Shown: piece by piece, positions 1 to 12,343 of the stretch | How the letters are laid out: every line of letters begins with the position of its first letter | Position numbering within the stretch: position 1 is the stretch's first letter | Origin: Camelus dromedarius | Lineage: Eukaryota | Reading direction: 5' to 3' | Length of the DNA stretch: 64,000 nucleotides | NCBI RefSeq assembly: GCF_036321535.1 | Contig: NC_087437.1 | Location: 57,414,001 to 57,478,000, forward strand | The notes under the pieces: generated by a model | The model's input: the letters and a program-made list of their open reading frames with translations, nothing else | What the model was told of the DNA's origin: nothing | Database searches by the model: none | Made by a program: the position numbers and the translations under genes

Positions 1-1545
1 AAGATACCTGCACTGTGATCAGGGGTTTTGTAGAGTGTCTCTCAATTGGGATTTGTGGGCTGTATTTCTCCTGATTAGACTGGGGTTCTGGGATTTTAAA
101 AGGAAGATCACTGAAGAAAAGCACCATTTACATGATATTATCAAGAGTACATCTTATCAGCCTGTTTATCAGTGATCAAGTAACCCACTGGACTACGTGG
201 ATGAGGTGGTGTGTGTCAGCTTTCTCCATTTTAATGTTACTCTCTCCCCACCCTACGCTGTACTCTTTAGGAGGAAGACACTATGTGCAGGCCAGACTTA
301 GGATGTGGGGAGCTAAGCTCCATCTCTTAAAGGCCAAGTTCCTACATAAATTATTTGGACTTCTTCTGCAAGGCATATTTGTCTTCTCTCTACCATTTAT
401 TTTTATTGAATCATTTATCTATGTCATTATTAACTCAGAAATATTAATTGTACACTTTGGTTTCTAATCTACTACTACTTTATTGTGCTTCTCAAACTGT
501 TCCAGATTTGGCCACTGGAAGTGCTTCCAGTTGGTTCCCGTGTCCTTTTGGCTTATCACTATCATTGTTTTGTTTTGTTTCGTTTTGTTTTTGAGCATGT
601 CCTTACTACCTGGCACCGCAAGATGCTCCAGGTCCCTATTGTGTATTTCCTGCCCCAACCCTAGAATCAGTCATTCCTCTAAGGGACCCTTTCATCGGAT
701 AATGGTATTAGAAATCATAGTCAGGGCACTAAGGGTGCTCATTGCTACAAAGGGGATAATTTCTCTTATATCAACTGACACAGCAAGGAGCTGTATGTGT
801 GTACTCGAACCTTGTATATATGCATATCTGCACATATTTCTATGCTTAAGCATGTGTGCATACAGTCAGTCAAACATGAGTTTATACTGATGTTTCTGAC
901 TCTGACTGATTACCATGTGAATCATTCTAGCTTCTCGCTGCTTCTCTGTACCCTCTGCTCCAAAAGCAAAACATCTGGCACTTGTCATCTATCATCCATT
1001 CACTTAATTGTTCATCTCCAGTATAATGTAAACCATTTCCTAACTGGTAAACCACGTCCCCATGGGAAACAACTTTTATCAACCAAAATACAGCTTATAT
1101 TCAGGTTCTTTTGCCTTTGGTCTTACAGACTCCACTCATTTCCAAAGTCACTTAGGTCAACACTTTCTCCCCACCTTTCACACCTTTCAGTGAGGTTGAT
1201 TCATATACTTTTAATACATGTAGATTGTTTCATCACATTCTTCATTACATCCTAGGATTCCCTAACCTCATAAATGATTTTTTATATTTGCATATTTTAA
1301 GGTATATTGTTTGTGTGTAACGTTCTGTGGTTTTGGACAAAGGCGTAAGATCTCGTATCAACCATTACAGTATCATTCAGAATAGATTCACCACCCTAAG
1401 AAATACTCTGCCTTTCATCTTTTCAACCCCCTCCCCCACCAAACCCCAGCAGTTACCTATCTTTTTACCATCTCTATACTTTTGCTTTTTCCAAAATGAA
1501 GTATAATTTTAATTATGCAATTTTTAGCCTTTTTAGACTGACTTT
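1..1545 (-). mobile_element. Old degenerate LINE-1 3' region (L1MC/L1MD-like)
   Basis: Resembles ancient L1 3' UTR consensus text in antisense, e.g. 'aagatgctccagg...cctgccccaaccctagaatcagtcattcctctaagg' and 'aaccattacagtatcattcagaatag'. No ORF. Subfamily and boundaries are approximate. Confidence 0.6.
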
Positions 1546-1799
1546 CAGAGTAAATGGGGCTACAGAATATTATAGAGACAAAATGTGAGCGTATAATTAA
1601 ATGAAAATTTCTGCATAATGAACAGTAAATATATGGATGAAATAATTCTTACTGTTTTATTCCCTTCACTTGGCCATGGGCATATAGGCATATAGGCAAC
1701 AAAAGTGAATTAAAATGTTTGGTAATTTTCTTCAAGTCCAGGAATAAAAGATAGAAAATGGCCAGAAAGAAATGCAATGACAGGCACACAAGAGCCCAC

Positions 1800-2400
1800 A
1801 TTAGTGGTTTCATAGGTAAAATTTTGCCATATCTGTTTCAGAATTCTTTCCTTTTATAAAGAAAATAATTTAAAACGGACATAGCTAAAGTATTGCCTCT
1901 TCATCTGTTCTCCTTCCCTTCTTCTCCTAAGGTATAAATTTATCTCGAGCTTTTATCATTCTCATATATGTTTTAGACTTATGCTTCATATGCACGTAGT
2001 CATAAACAATATATATATGAAAGTTTTGTAGGTTTAACATTTTACATATTTGTTCTTTAACTAAAGACATCATTTTTACAACTTGAATTTTACTCAGAAT
2101 TTTGCTTATGAAATTTTTAATACATATAAATCTAATTTAAACTAAGTAAGCTCCTCCATTACATGAATAAATCAAGCTTTTTTTTTTCAACTCCATATTG
2201 AGGTTGAGATACAGTTTGATTGTTTTTATTTCTTTGCTAAGACTGTGTTGTAATGAACATTTTTACACATTTTTCCTTAAGCATCTGTGGAATATTTAAC
2301 TAGGAAAAAGAAATAAGATTACAGAGCTTAGAATATCATCATCATCAAAAATTTAAAGTATTGTCAAATTGAGCTCCAGAGTGAGTGTACTAATTTACAC
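1800..2400 (-). mobile_element. Highly decayed L1ME-like fragment
   Basis: Antisense old-L1 motifs ('taatgaacatttttacacat', 'gtattgtcaaattgagctccagagtgagtgtactaatttacac'). Confidence 0.4.
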
Positions 2401-2574
2401 TATTTATTTTTATTGTGTTAATGCCATGACGTGCATACTGTCACTGATTTTGTAAATTAATAATAACAACAATAACAACAACTTAGGCGTGTCACATGCA
2501 TAAAATGGGAGAAAAATGAACATTTATAAGACCATTTAGTACTCTCAAAACCCTTTGAAATAAATAGTATAATA

Positions 2575-2680
2575 TATTTATCAATAGGAAATTGAGCTTC
2601 TGAAAGGTTAAGTATTTTTCTAAGGTCACAAGTGGGATTAGAAAGTAGATTCAAAGACACATCTTTCTGATCCCAAAGAA
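2575..2680 (-). mobile_element. MIR SINE fragment
   Basis: 'aggaaattgagcttctgaaaggttaagtatttttctaaggtcaca' matches the MIR core in reverse orientation. Confidence 0.55.
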
Positions 2681-2979
2681 ATGCCTCTAAAACTATAATA
2701 AATATCACTATAATTTATACCAATCTTTTAAAATTTTTTCTAGTTGCAGGAAACATTGCATTAGTTTGAATTATTTCATTTTCTACTCCATGATAGCAAA
2801 CCTTATGGAAAAGGTCATGCCATAGTAGAATTTCTAAAAACATTCCAGTTGTATTATTATTGATGATAGGTCAGAGAAAAGCTTGTTATACAATTTCTAG
2901 GATAGTAGACATCCTGAGGGAAGGTGAATTTTATTTGCTAAGTTCTCCTAATTTAATGGGAAATTAGACTTTTGAAATT

Positions 2980-5035
2980 GGAAAGAAGTATAAGGAACAG
3001 CTGTTATCAAATATTGGAAAACAGAATGCATTTGGCTGTGACCCCTAATTTTAAAAGAAACAAAAAAATTGACTCCTGCATTGATCTAAGTTTTGTGCCT
3101 CAAGGTAATTCCTAGAATGCAGTGCAAGGGGAATCAATCAGGTTCAGAGTTCAGAGAGGTCAAAACAGTTGAAATATTCAAGGCAGATTACCTAAAAGGA
3201 AGGACCTACATAGAAAAAGAGATTCAGAAATTTGCATAAGGAATCTCTGGAGTCTTTGAGTGAATGTCCGTCCATACATGCACTGGGAAAAACTGAATGA
3301 GGTTGGATTAAAAACAACTTCTGAAGAAAGAGCAATGGCTGAAGAGCTGTAAGATGAACAATTCCAGGAGCTTACGCAGAGCAGTGAATCTTCAAGTTCC
3401 CTCCAGCCAGGGTGAGCACACCTGTGGAATACAAGAAGCATTCAGTAGTGACCCAGAAAAGTCATGCCTTAGAAGTGAGCTAAAGTGGCCTTAGAATAAA
3501 GTTACCCTAAACCCCACCTAAAACACTTGGAAGAAAACCTCAAAATGATCAAACTAATACACAAGTAACTTGACTCTCAGAAAGGTCTAACACTTTTTAA
3601 AGACCTATCAAGCTAATAATATCCACCATCGAATAAAAAATCAGTAAGCATATTACAACATAGGAAAATGTGACCCATCACTAGAAGAAAAATAAGTCAT
3701 TAGAAATAAACTCCAAAATGACAGAGATGAGGGAATTAGCAGAAAGGTGTATCAAAGTTCTATTATAAAAATACACCATGTGCTCAAAGATGTAAAGAAA
3801 AATATGACGATGATGATAGAAATGTAAGATAAAAGAAAAACTAAATAAAACTTAGAGAAATGAAAAAAAAATCTGCAAAAGGAAATCATGAATGAGATTA
3901 GAGCAGACCCTGAAGAAGGAATAGAAACAATGCAGAATGAATCACAAGAAGGCTGAAAAACATTGAACAAAAACCCAATGACTTATGGGAAATCATCAAA
4001 TAGTCTTAAATACCTGTAAATTCAGTGTCAGAAAATTCAAAGGTAGAGAGAGGAGACAAATATTGAGAAATATAATGGCCAAATTTTTCTAAATTTAGTG
4101 ATAATTATAAACCAAAAAGGGCAAACCCTTGCCACAAAAAATACAAATAAAGAAGTCCAAACCAAGGAATATTTTAATCAAATTGCTAAAAAAAAAAAAA
4201 AAAAGTACCAAAGAGAAAATATTTAAAGTGGCTAGAGAGAAATGATTCAGGAGAAAAATTGAATTTAAAGAAGAAATGGATAAATTCAAATTAAGTTTGA
4301 CAATTTCAGCATTCCTCTTTCAGAGAATTAAAGAACACATAGCTAGTAAAGGGAAAACATACTGAAATAGAAAGCCATACAATCATATCAATAAATTCAA
4401 AAAGAACATTGACAAAAATCAGCACTCTTTCTTCATAAAAATTCCCAACCAAGAAAAATAAAAGGGAACTCTCTCAACCTAATAAAGAGCTTCTTAAAAA
4501 AAAATACCACTAGTACCATGATAGTGGTAAAAAAATTGAATGGCTCCTTCCTAAGGTCAGGACTCTCACCACTTATATTCAAGTACTAATAATAAATCAA
4601 GAAATAGAACTAGGAAGTAAACATATTGAAAATAACATCTCTTTTGTTCAAAAATATGCTTTCCTCTGTTGAATATCACAAGGAATCTCCAAAAACATCT
4701 ATTTGAACACACAAGTGAGTTTAGTAAAGTCATGGTATACAAGGCCAATAAACAAAATTCAACTATATTTCTATATTGTGTTTTTAAATTTCAATTAAGA
4801 AAACAATACCATAGTATCAAAAACATGAAATGCTCAAAAATAAATTTGACAAAATAGGTAAAAGACATGTATGCTAAAGCTATACACATTACTCAGAGAC
4901 ATTAAAGTCCTAAACGAATAGGAAATGTATCATATACAAGATTCAAACACAATATTGTTAAGATGGTAATTCTCCCCAAATTCAGCTGTAGATTAAATGT
5001 AAATCCAATCAATTTCTCAGTAGGATTTTTTTTCC
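2980..5035 (+). mobile_element. Old fragmented LINE-1 (5' region, ORF1 and ORF2 remnants)
   Basis: A-rich sense strand with L1 motifs: 'aggaaaatgtgacccat', 'aaatgacagagatgagggaattagcagaaagg', 'aatattgttaagatggtaattctccccaaatt'. The ORF at 4963 begins MVILPKF..RLNVNPI, similar to L1 ORF2. Confidence 0.6.
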
Positions 5036-5549
5036 AGAAATTCACAGCACCCCCCCACCCCCTCCATGTTAATCAAGTGCTGTTTAGCAACTCTGAGTTC
5101 AGCCATGTGATCAAAATGCAAGGTCATTGGGTAAAGGATAAAGAAGGTCAAATACTTCTTCCCAAGGAATCAAAGAAAAAGAACTTAGGAAAAAATTAAG
5201 CTGTTCAGGCAGCAGTGTCTGTGAGAATTGGTCAACCCTGTGTACTTCTTTTACTTTACTTATCTGAATCAAAGGCTAAAGCTTGCATATATTTATCACC
5301 ACATAAGTTCATCCAGATAAAAACATCAATAAATCTCAGAAACAGCTCACTGCAAAAGTTCTTGTCATTTTGTTATTTTATTAAGCTTTTCCCTGTCATT
5401 GAGTGTGCATTTACACCTTCAACACTAAGAAATAAATTTCAGGATGTAACTGATGATGGCTGAATGTCAGTCAGCAGTGAACAGAAACAAGGAATGAAAG
5501 GCAGATCTGTGACTGCTGATTAGGCCGTTTGGTTTTGCCTATGGAATTA

Positions 5550-6259
5550 CCGGATTTTGGCACCCATTGACCAAGGCATCCTTCAAGTTCCCCTCAGTGT
5601 GACTAAACTTTAGGCAAGCTTCTTCCTGACTATAGACCCCTAACCTCCTTTTTCTTAGAGCATTTAGTTTGTTTTTTTTTTTTTTTTAGTTGAAGTATAG
5701 TCAGTTTACAATGTTGGGTTAATTTCTGCTTTACAGCATACTGATTCAGATTTATATATATATATTCCTTTTCATATCCTTTTTCATCATAAGATATTAT
5801 AAGATATTGAATGTAGTTCCCTGTGCTCTACAGTAGGATCCTGTTGCTTATCTATTTTAATGCAGTGGTTAGTGTCTTTTGAAAACTTACCATTGTAATT
5901 TCTTTCTCTGCCTCTTTAAGATGGAAATTTTCTGCTCTCTTCCCTTCTAGATATAATCTTCAAGAAAGCTAGGACCTTGGTCTGCCAGTCTCTGTGGGGA
6001 AGATAGAAACCTAACTTCAATAAGCAGCAATTAGCAAACACAGATAGCCTAATCACATTGACCAATCTCCCCTCTGAAGTCCTCCGGTACTTTTCCATTA
6101 ATGCACCCCAGCATTTAAAAATCCTCTTGCCTTTTGTTTCAGTGAAATTGAGTTCAGTCTCTCTCCCCCGTTGCCATAACCTTGACCCCTACTTCAATAG
6201 TCTCAAATAAAGTCTTTCTTGCCATTTTAACCAGTATCCGGTGCAATTTTTCTTGATCA
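5550..6259 (+). mobile_element. ERV1-class solo LTR (MER34/MER39-like), interrupted by an L1 tail
   Basis: 'gactaaactttaggcaagcttcttcctgactatagacccc...ttcttagagcattta', resuming at 'gaaaacttaccattgtaattctttctctgcc'. AATAAA at 6206-6211, terminal CA near 6259. Left edge uncertain. Confidence 0.6.
5668..5876 (-). mobile_element. 5'-truncated cetartiodactyl-type L1 3' end nested in the LTR
   Basis: Poly(T) run followed by 'agttgaagtatagtcagtttacaatgtt', the reverse complement of the L1 terminus also seen near 22600 and 33910. Confidence 0.8.
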
Positions 6260-7694
6260 ACCTACACACACATACTACTTATGTGCTATAATAACGCACA
6301 ATCATGCAGTGCATTTCAGCTGGCAAAGTGGTTTTGATCTAGTGTATTAATGTAGCACTGTAAGACCGAATTAATATCCCTGTGTTCAAGAAAATGAACC
6401 AAATATTCATAGAAATTAATTCTTGGCTAACGTTGCAGTTCTTAACTATGGGATCCAAAACTTGAACCCAGCAAATTTAGGTCCAGGTTTAGGGCTCTTC
6501 CACCTGCATCTCACTACCAGTTTTGCTCTAAGAAACATCTCAGCAGTGTTATGTCCCGCCAAAATATTTAGATATTTAATTACATTTACCCAGCTTTCAG
6601 CCCTTCCTGGGTGGAGGAATTTGAAATCTGAGAGCAAACTCATTTGGTGCTTGGCTGAAGAAGACAGTAGAAGACATTGTGTTTTTACCATAGCAATGTT
6701 AAAACCAAGTTTTAATAGGATCACACTTACTTTGTTGTATTAATATTAGTACCCATGTTCCATTATATTACACTGTGCACACCATTGTGTAGTCTCATGG
6801 AGATTAGCTGGAAAAAAGCCACTTGCCTTTTATCCAACCATAAGTAAACTTCAGGCTTAATTATGTATGTTTTTGCTAAAAAATGTTTAAATGCTATATT
6901 CCTTCCTCATGCAATACATTCCTCACTATTACCTCAATAATGGAAAGCACAAGAGTTTTAAAAATATAATTTGCCTTGTTCTGTGTCCTCCTCCCCTCCC
7001 TACTGAATCCACAAAGTAAAATTAGCTAAAATGTGATTTTCCTGGCAATCTCTAATCTTGATAATAAATGACTGTGGAACTGCTGAAGCACAGTGTGCCA
7101 GTCTTTGTCCGGTTGTATGTGCAGCACCAGAACTGTCTGCATAATTATGAGATTATCTGCCAGTTCATGAAAAGGACTAGGAAACAGACAGAAAGTAGGC
7201 TACATGATCAGCTTCTGTAATTAAGTGAAGCAACTGTCACATCTCTGCTCTCTGGCTTGAATGCTGGAATTTTAGACACCAGAAAAATGGAAAGTAAAAC
7301 CAAAATCTTCATTTTGGTAGTTTGTACAGCATCCATGCTGAGGAAGTGAGTGTGTGTCTTCAACCCCTCAAATGACGTAAGCAGAGCCGAACTTCTGAGC
7401 GACACTCCTAAGAAAGACTGACACAGGGAAAGTGGATTATATCTGCTGTGCTCCAAGTCACTCTCCTTGATTAAAGCTGCCTCTTCTTTGCACCTCTAGC
7501 GAGAACTTCTAGTTGCGCCACTTCAGTTAAAGTCTTCAGGAGCCAAGAAACTGAGGGTATCCAGGTACCTTTCTAATGTGGGGATTTCCAGGAGCTCAAG
7601 AGGACATAAATTCCACAGTGAATTCCTTCAGAATAGGGAGAAAAGGTGACTTTATCTCTAGCAGAATAAAGTATGTACACAGAACTACAGAGAG

Positions 7695-7711
7695 AAAACT
7701 GGATCATTTTT
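7695..7711 (+). repeat. Left TSD of the full-length L1
   Basis: aaaactggatcattttt is identical to 14944-14960. Confidence 0.92.
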
Positions 7712-7716
7712 TTTTT

Positions 7717-7821
7717 GCCATGTTTATTTTATTTTTTTTGCCTTCAATTAAAAAGAAAAATGTGGGAGTTAATTTTAAAATATCTCTACTTTTGCATGTG
7801 TTTGAATTTTTTATCACATGC
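7717..7821 (-). other. Putative 3'-transduced flank carried by the L1
   Basis: Sequence lying between the L1 terminus with its residual A7 (7822-7828) and the final A-tail/TSD (7707-7716). It has its own AATAAA hexamers at 7723-7733. Confidence 0.75.
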
Positions 7822-8142
7822 TTTTTTTAACATTTTTTATTGATTTATAATCATTTTACAATGCTGTGTCAAATTCCAGTGTTCAGCACAATTTTTCAGT
7901 TATTCATGGACATATACACACTCATTGTCACATTTTTTTCTCTGTGAGTTATCATAACATTTTGTGTATATTTCCCTGTGCTATACAGTGTAGTCTATTC
8001 TACAATTTTGAAATCCCAGTCTATCCCTTCCCACCCTCCACCCCCCTGGTAACCACAAGTCTGTATTCTCTGTCTGTGAGTCTATTTCTGTCCTTTATTT
8101 ACGCTTTGTTTTTGTTTGTTTGTTTGTTTTTGTTTTTGTTTT

Positions 8143-11100
8143 TTAGATTCCACATATGAGCGATCTCATATGGTATTTTTCTTTCTCTTTCTGGCTTACT
8201 TCACTTAGAATGACATTCTCCAGGAGCATCCATGTTGCTGCAAATGGCATTATGTTGTCAGTTTTTATGGCTGAGTAGTATTCCATTGTATAAATATACC
8301 ACCTCTTCTTTATCCAGTCACCTGTTGATGGACATTTAGGCTGTTTCCATGTTTTGGCTATTGTAAATAGTGCTGCTATGAACATTGGGGTGCAGGTGTC
8401 ATCCTGAAGTAGATTTTCTTCTGGATACAAGCCCAGGAGTGGGATTCCTGGGTCATATGGTAAGTCTATTCCTAGTCTTTTGAGGAATCTCCACACTGTT
8501 TTCCATAGTGGCTGCACCAAACTGCATTCCCACCAGCAGTGTAGGAGGGTTCCCCTTTCTCCACAGCCTCTCCAGCATTTGTCATTTGTGGATTTTTGAA
8601 TGACGGCCATTCTGACTGGTGTGAGGTGATACCTCATTGTAGTTTTGATTTGCATTTCTCTGTTAATTAGTGATATTGAGCATTTTTTCATGTGCTTTTT
8701 GATCATTTGTATGTCTTCCTCGGAGAATTGCTTGTTTAGGTCTTCTGCCCATTTTTGGATTGGGTTGTTTATTTTTTTCTTACTGAGTCATATGAGCTGC
8801 TTATATATTCTGGAGATCAAGCCTTTGTCGGTTTCACTTGCAAAATTTTCTCCCATTCCGTAGGTTTTCTTCTTGTTTTATTTCTGGTTTCCTTTGCTGT
8901 GCAGAAGCTTGTAAGTTTCATTAGGTCCCATTTGTTTATTCTTGCTTTTATTTCTTCTAGGAGAAAAATTTTTAAATGTATGTCAGATAATGTTTTGCCT
9001 ATGTTTTCCTCTAGGAGGTTTATTGTATCTTGTCTTATGTTTAAGTCTTTAATTCATTTTGAGTTGATTTTTGTATATGGTGTAAGGGAGTGTTCTAGCT
9101 TCATTGTTTTACATGCTGCTGTCCAGTTTTCCCAACACCATTTGCTGAAGAGACTGTCTTTATTCCAATGTATATTCTTGCCTCCTTTGTCAAAGATGAG
9201 TTGACCAAAAGTTTGTGGGTTCATTTCTGGGCTCTCTATTCTGTTCCATTGGTCTATATGTCTGTTTTGGTACCAATACCATGCTGTCTTGATGACTGTA
9301 GCTCTATAGTATTGTCTGAAGTCTGGGAGAGTTATTCCTCCAGCCTCTTTCTTTCTCTTCAGTAATGCTTTGGCAATTCTAGGTCTTTGATGGTTCCATA
9401 TGAATTTTATTATGATTTTTTCTAGTTCTGTGAAATATGTCCTGGGTAATTGGATAGGGATTGCATTAAATCTGTAGATTGCCTTGGGCAGTGTGACCAT
9501 TTTAACAATATTGATTCTTCCAATCCAAGAGCATGGAATATCTTTCCATTTTTTAAAGTCTTCTTTAATTTCCTTCATCAGTGGTTTATAGTTTTCTGTG
9601 TATAATTCTTTCACCTCCTTGGTTAGATTTATTCCCAGATATTTTATTACTTTGGGTGCTATTTTAAAGGGGATTGTTTCTTTACTTTCTTCTTCTGTTG
9701 ATTTATCGTTAGTGTAAAGAAATGCAACTGATTTTTGAACGTTAATTTTGTAACCTGCTACCTTGCTGAATTCTTCAATCAGCTCTAGTAGCTTTTGTGT
9801 GGACCTTTTAGGGTTTTCTATATATAGTAACATGTCATCAGCATATAATGACACTTTTACCTCTTCTTTTCCAATTTGGATCCCTTTTATTTCTTTCTCT
9901 TGCCTGACTGCTGTGGCTAGGACTTCCAGGACTATGTTGAATAGGAGTGGTGATAGTGGGCATCCTTGTCTTGTCCCAGATTTTAGTGGGAAGCTTTTGA
10001 GTTTTTCACCGTTGAGTACTATGCTGGCTGTAGGTTTGTCATATATAGCTTTTATTATGTTGAGATATGTTCCCTCTATACCCACTTTGGCGAGAGTTTT
10101 TCTCATAAATGGGTGTTGAATTTTATCAAAAGCTTTTTCTGCATCAATTGAGATGATCATGTGGTTTTTGTCCTTTCTCTTGTTGATGTGATGTATTACA
10201 CTGATTGATTTGCGTATGTTGAACCAGCCTTGTGTCCCTGGGATGAACCCCACTTGGTCATGATGTATAATCTTTTTTATGTGTTGTTGGATTCTATTTG
10301 CTAAAATTTTGGTGAGGATTTTGGCATCTATGTTCATCAGTGATATTGGCCTATAATTCTCTTTTTTTGTAGTGTCTTTGCCTGGTTTTGGTATCAGGGT
10401 GATGGTGGCTTCATAGAATGAGTTTGGGAGTATTCCCTCCTTTTCAATCGTCTGGAAGAGTTTGAGAAGGACTGGTATGAGTTCTTCTTTGTATGTTTGG
10501 TAGAATTCCCCAGTGAAGCCGTCCGGTCCTGGACTTTTATTTGTAGGGAGGTTTTTAATTGCTATTTCTATTTCCTTTCTAGTGATTGGATTGTTCAAGT
10601 GTTCAGATTCTTCTTGATTCAGTTTTGGTGGACAGTATGTTTCCAGAAACTTGTCCATCTCCTCTAGGTTATCCAGTTTGGTTCCATATAGTTTTTCATA
10701 ATATTCTCATATGATATTCTGTATTTCTATTTTGTTTGTTGTAATTTCTCCATTTTCCTTTCTTATTTTGCTAATTTGTGCTCTCTCTTTTTTCTTCTTT
10801 GTGAGTTTGGCCAGAGGTCTGTCGATTTTATTTACTTTTTCAAAAAACCAGCTTTTGGTTTGGTTGATTTTTTCTATGGTCTTGTTAATCTCTATTGTAT
10901 TTAATTCCTCTCTGATCTTTATTATTTCCTTCCTTCTGCTGCTTTTTGGGGCTTTTTGTTCTTCTTTTTCTAATTCATTCAGGTGGTGGGTTAAATTGTT
11001 TATTTGAGATTGTTCTTCTTTTTTGAGGAAGGCCTGTATCGCTATAAACTTCCCTCTTAGCACTGCCTTTGCTGTGTCCCATAGGTTTTGAGTGGTTGTG

Positions 11101-11939
11101 CTTTCATTCTCATTTGTCTCAAGGTATTTTTTAATTTCAGCTTTGATTTCCTCATTGATCCATTGTTTTTTCAATAACATATTGTTTAATCTCCATGCTT
11201 TCCTTTTTTTCTCCTTTGTTTCTCTGTTGTTGATTTCCAGTTTCATGGCATTGTGGTCAGTAAAGATGCTTGAGATAATTTCTATCTTCTTAAAATTGTT
11301 GAGGTTTCTTTTGTGCCCAAGTACATGATCGATCCTGGAAAATGTTCCATGTGCACTTGAAAAGAATGTATATCCTATTTTTGGGGGGTGTAATGCTCTG
11401 AAAATATCCACCAAATCTAGTTTTTCTATTGTAGTATTTAATTTCTCTGTTGCCTTGTTTATTTTCTGTCTGGAAGATCTGTCTAGTGATGTTAATGCAG
11501 TGTTAAAATCTCCAACTATGATTGTATTCCCATCAATATCCCCCTTTATCTCTGTTAGTCATTCTTGTATGTACTTAGGTGCTCCTATATTGGGTGCATA
11601 TATATTAACGAGTGTAATATCCTCATCTTGTATCACTCCTTTAATCATTATAAAATGTCCTTCTTTATCTTTCTTTATGGCCTTTGTTTTAAAGTTTATT
11701 TTGTCTGAAATCAGTACTGCAACACCTGCTTTTTTGGCTTTTCCATTTGCATGGAATATCCTTTTCCATCCTTTCACTCTCAATCTATATGTGTCTTTCT
11801 CCCTAAAGTGGGTCTCTTGTATGCAACATATTGAAGGTTCTTGCTTTATTATCCAGTCTGCCACTCTGTGTCTTTTGACTGGAGCATTTAGTCCATTAAC
11901 ATTTACAGTAATTAATGATAGATGTGTGTTTATTGCCAT
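8143..11939 (-). pseudogene. L1 ORF2 (endonuclease / reverse transcriptase / CCHC), disrupted
   Basis: Endonuclease motifs (GDFN, SRIDH, TDHN), RT motifs (QGCPLSP, YADD) and C-terminal CWRGC...HCWWEC. In-frame TGA at 11559-11561, 10707-10709, 9054-9056 and 8788-8790. One-base frameshift in the A-run at 8842-8845. Confidence 0.95.
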
Positions 11940-12343
11940 TTTGAACTTATCTTTGCAGTTGAATTGGTATATCCTCTTTGTTCCTTTCTTCTTCCTTTTG
12001 TGGTTTGGTAATTTTCCTTTGTATTATCGAGGATTTTATTTCATTTTTGTGACTCCTTTGTAAATTTTTGGCTTGTGGTTACCCTTTTTTGTAAATCTAT
12101 CAACCCATTACTGTAACTGTCTTTATTAAACTGATAGTAACATGATCTCAAACCCATCCTACTGTTAAAAAAATTTTAAAAAGAAAGAAAAAAATATTCT
12201 ATATTTCCCTGCCTCCCTCTCCCACTCTCAGTGATTTGTATGTCTTCTTTTATAATTTCATGTTTACTTTATTTGTAATTCATGAGTTATCGCCTTTCCA
12301 GTTGTGTGTTTCTCATTTCTGTAGCATCCTGCTGCTTTTCTAT

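Noticed and set aside
132..1255. Three consecutive plus-strand ORFs of 111-152 aa
   Set aside because: They lie in an antisense old L1 3' region. The hydrophobic composition reflects T-richness and no domain is recognisable.
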